Source: Bacteroidales bacterium (GTDB lineage: Bacteria; Bacteroidota; Bacteroidia; Bacteroidales; PWNQ01). Taken from it: a stretch of DNA of 57,548 nt. The translations under genes and the position numbers were made by a program. The stretch's first letter is position 1. Each line of letters begins with the position of its first letter. Below are positions 56,775-57,548 of the stretch, piece by piece. The notes under the pieces were generated by a model. The model was not told the DNA's origin. It worked only from the letters and a program-made list of their open reading frames with translations, and did not search any database. The stretch lies in contig JAIPAE010000002.1 in assembly GCA_021740245.1 (NCBI GenBank), forward strand, positions 1 through 57,548. The letters are read 5' to 3'.

Positions 56775-57548
56775 CTAATCCTTGACACAACGAACACTAA
56801 AACCATGACCCTTAGGGTAGTTGCGATAGTACACAACTGAGTAATCGTAGACCAATTTCAGAAACCATGCGTTATAGCTATTGGTCTCGGTAGAAGACCA
56901 GAAACGCGCGTAGCTGCCCACACCGTTGAAGTTACCATTGCCGACGTGGCAACCACCGGGCAAAGCCGAAAAACCACTTTCGTTGGTTGCTCCTTCGTTG
57001 GGTGAACTCCAATGCGATGTTCCGGTTTCTTTCATTTTTCCACCGACAACATTTTCTCCACCAAGATAATCAGTTAGCTCTGTCCATTCTGCATCACTGG
57101 GCAAATGCCAACCATCAGGGCATACATTACAGGCTGTTTCCCAATCGTATAATCTACCATAAGTAGTTGCATTGCTTGAATTATTATCGTAAACCCAACT
57201 GCCACTACCTGCATCGTAATTTAAGTTTTCTGCCATCCAATACTGGTTGCCTATTTTTACATATTTATAAGTTTGTCCGTCTCTGCTATCTGTAGATGTT
57301 TTATTTTCTGAAGGTTTGGTTGTATATTCAACATCATCTTTTGTTGAAGATGTTTCAGAAGGTGAATTGTCAGCAGTTTCATGAACGTCAATGTCTTCTT
57401 TTTTTGTATTAGATTCCGGTCTTGAGTCATTCGTTTTTTTCTTCCCATTTTTGCTATCTGTAAATGTTTTATTTTCTGAAGGTTTGGTTGTATATTCAAC
57501 ATCATCTTTTGTTGAAGATGTTTCAGAAGGTGAATTGTCAGCAGTTTC
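56775..57548 (-). CDS. FISUMP (Fibrobacter succinogenes major paralogous, TIGR02145-like) domain protein with an N-terminal Ser/Thr/Asp-rich tandem-repeat region; the 5' end lies outside the window
   Basis: The track shows only the part from the first ATG (57236). The frame stays open upstream to the window edge (..DGQTYKYVKIGNQYWMAENLNY..). Motifs: GWHLPSDAEWTEL, FWSST, and the family-typical C-terminus GFSVRCVKD. Confidence 0.75.
   Translation of the reverse strand, partial: ETADNSPSETSSTKDDVEYTTKPSENKTFTDSKNGKKKTNDSRPESNTKKEDIDVHETADNSPSETSSTKDDVEYTTKPSENKTSTDSRDGQTYKYVKIGNQYWMAENLNYDAGSGSWVYDNNSSNATTYGRLYDWETACNVCPDGWHLPSDAEWTELTDYLGGENVVGGKMKETGTSHWSSPNEGATNESGFSALPGGCHVGNGNFNGVGSYARFWSSTETNSYNAWFLKLVYDYSVVYYRNYPKGHGFSVRCVKD
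57285..57548 (-). repeat. In-frame 168-bp (56-aa) tandem repeat inside the FISUMP gene
   Basis: 57285-57380 and 57453-57548 are identical except for one base (tgtagatg versus tgtaaatg). The encoded unit is ETADNSPSETSSTKDDVEYTTKPSENKT(S/F)TDS. Confidence 0.8.

Noticed and set aside
56775-56777. Global reassignment of TAG to a sense codon
   Set aside because: TAG terminates the FISUMP gene right after its family-typical ..SVRCVKD end. It also terminates mpl at the normal length; read-through there would add about 27 residues running into the next gene's start region. TAG therefore behaves as a stop in this genome, and only partial suppression or gene decay remains plausible.
56240-56900. An active diversity-generating retroelement (Avd-like gene next to a lectin-fold target)
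   Set aside because: There is no reverse transcriptase. The Avd-like gene is riddled with stops. By eye, no segment of 56240-56590 resembles the 3' end of the FISUMP gene as a TR/VR pair would. It is kept only as a weak relic hypothesis.
57257-57505. 82-aa ORF (minus strand) in the repeat region
   Set aside because: It is an out-of-frame reading of the same tandem repeat. The frame continuous with the FISUMP domain is open to the window edge and is the credible one.

Overview
This 57.5-kb chromosomal window comes from a low-GC, apparently anaerobic member of the Bacteroidota. The phylum call rests on T9SS/PKD-type cargo, a CarbopepD-type TonB-dependent receptor, a DUF1573 protein, a Bacteroidota-type ParC and the near absence of Shine-Dalgarno sequences. 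It holds about 55 protein genes, mostly housekeeping or envelope functions. These include parC, a flavodiiron protein, a TPP-riboswitch-controlled TonB receptor, mpl, cysH, pyrBI, a four-gene NADH-type [FeFe]-hydrogenase (HydABC-like) operon, catalase, an ECF sigma factor and several peptidases. One tRNA-Met is followed by a small accessory stretch: a RhuM/Fic gene, a decayed four-helix-bundle gene and a FISUMP repeat protein. Three things stand out. (i) A modular, strand-asymmetric intergenic repeat family occurs in three full copies (185-220 bp) and several partial copies. It has a CATGA-hairpin-ACACACACG head whose hairpin is conserved in shape but not sequence, followed by 8-9-nt tandem units of variable number. 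(ii) Three conserved genes (TM2, ABC-F, RhuM/Fic) are each interrupted by a single in-frame TAG, and a DUF996 gene is frameshifted. (iii) There are GC-rich, apparently structured intergenic islands, a long inverted repeat and Rex-like boxes upstream of the hydrogenase operon, and a MITE-like insertion with a 9-bp target duplication. I saw no CRISPR array, rRNA, transposase or integrase gene. All homology calls come from motif recognition by eye, not database searches.
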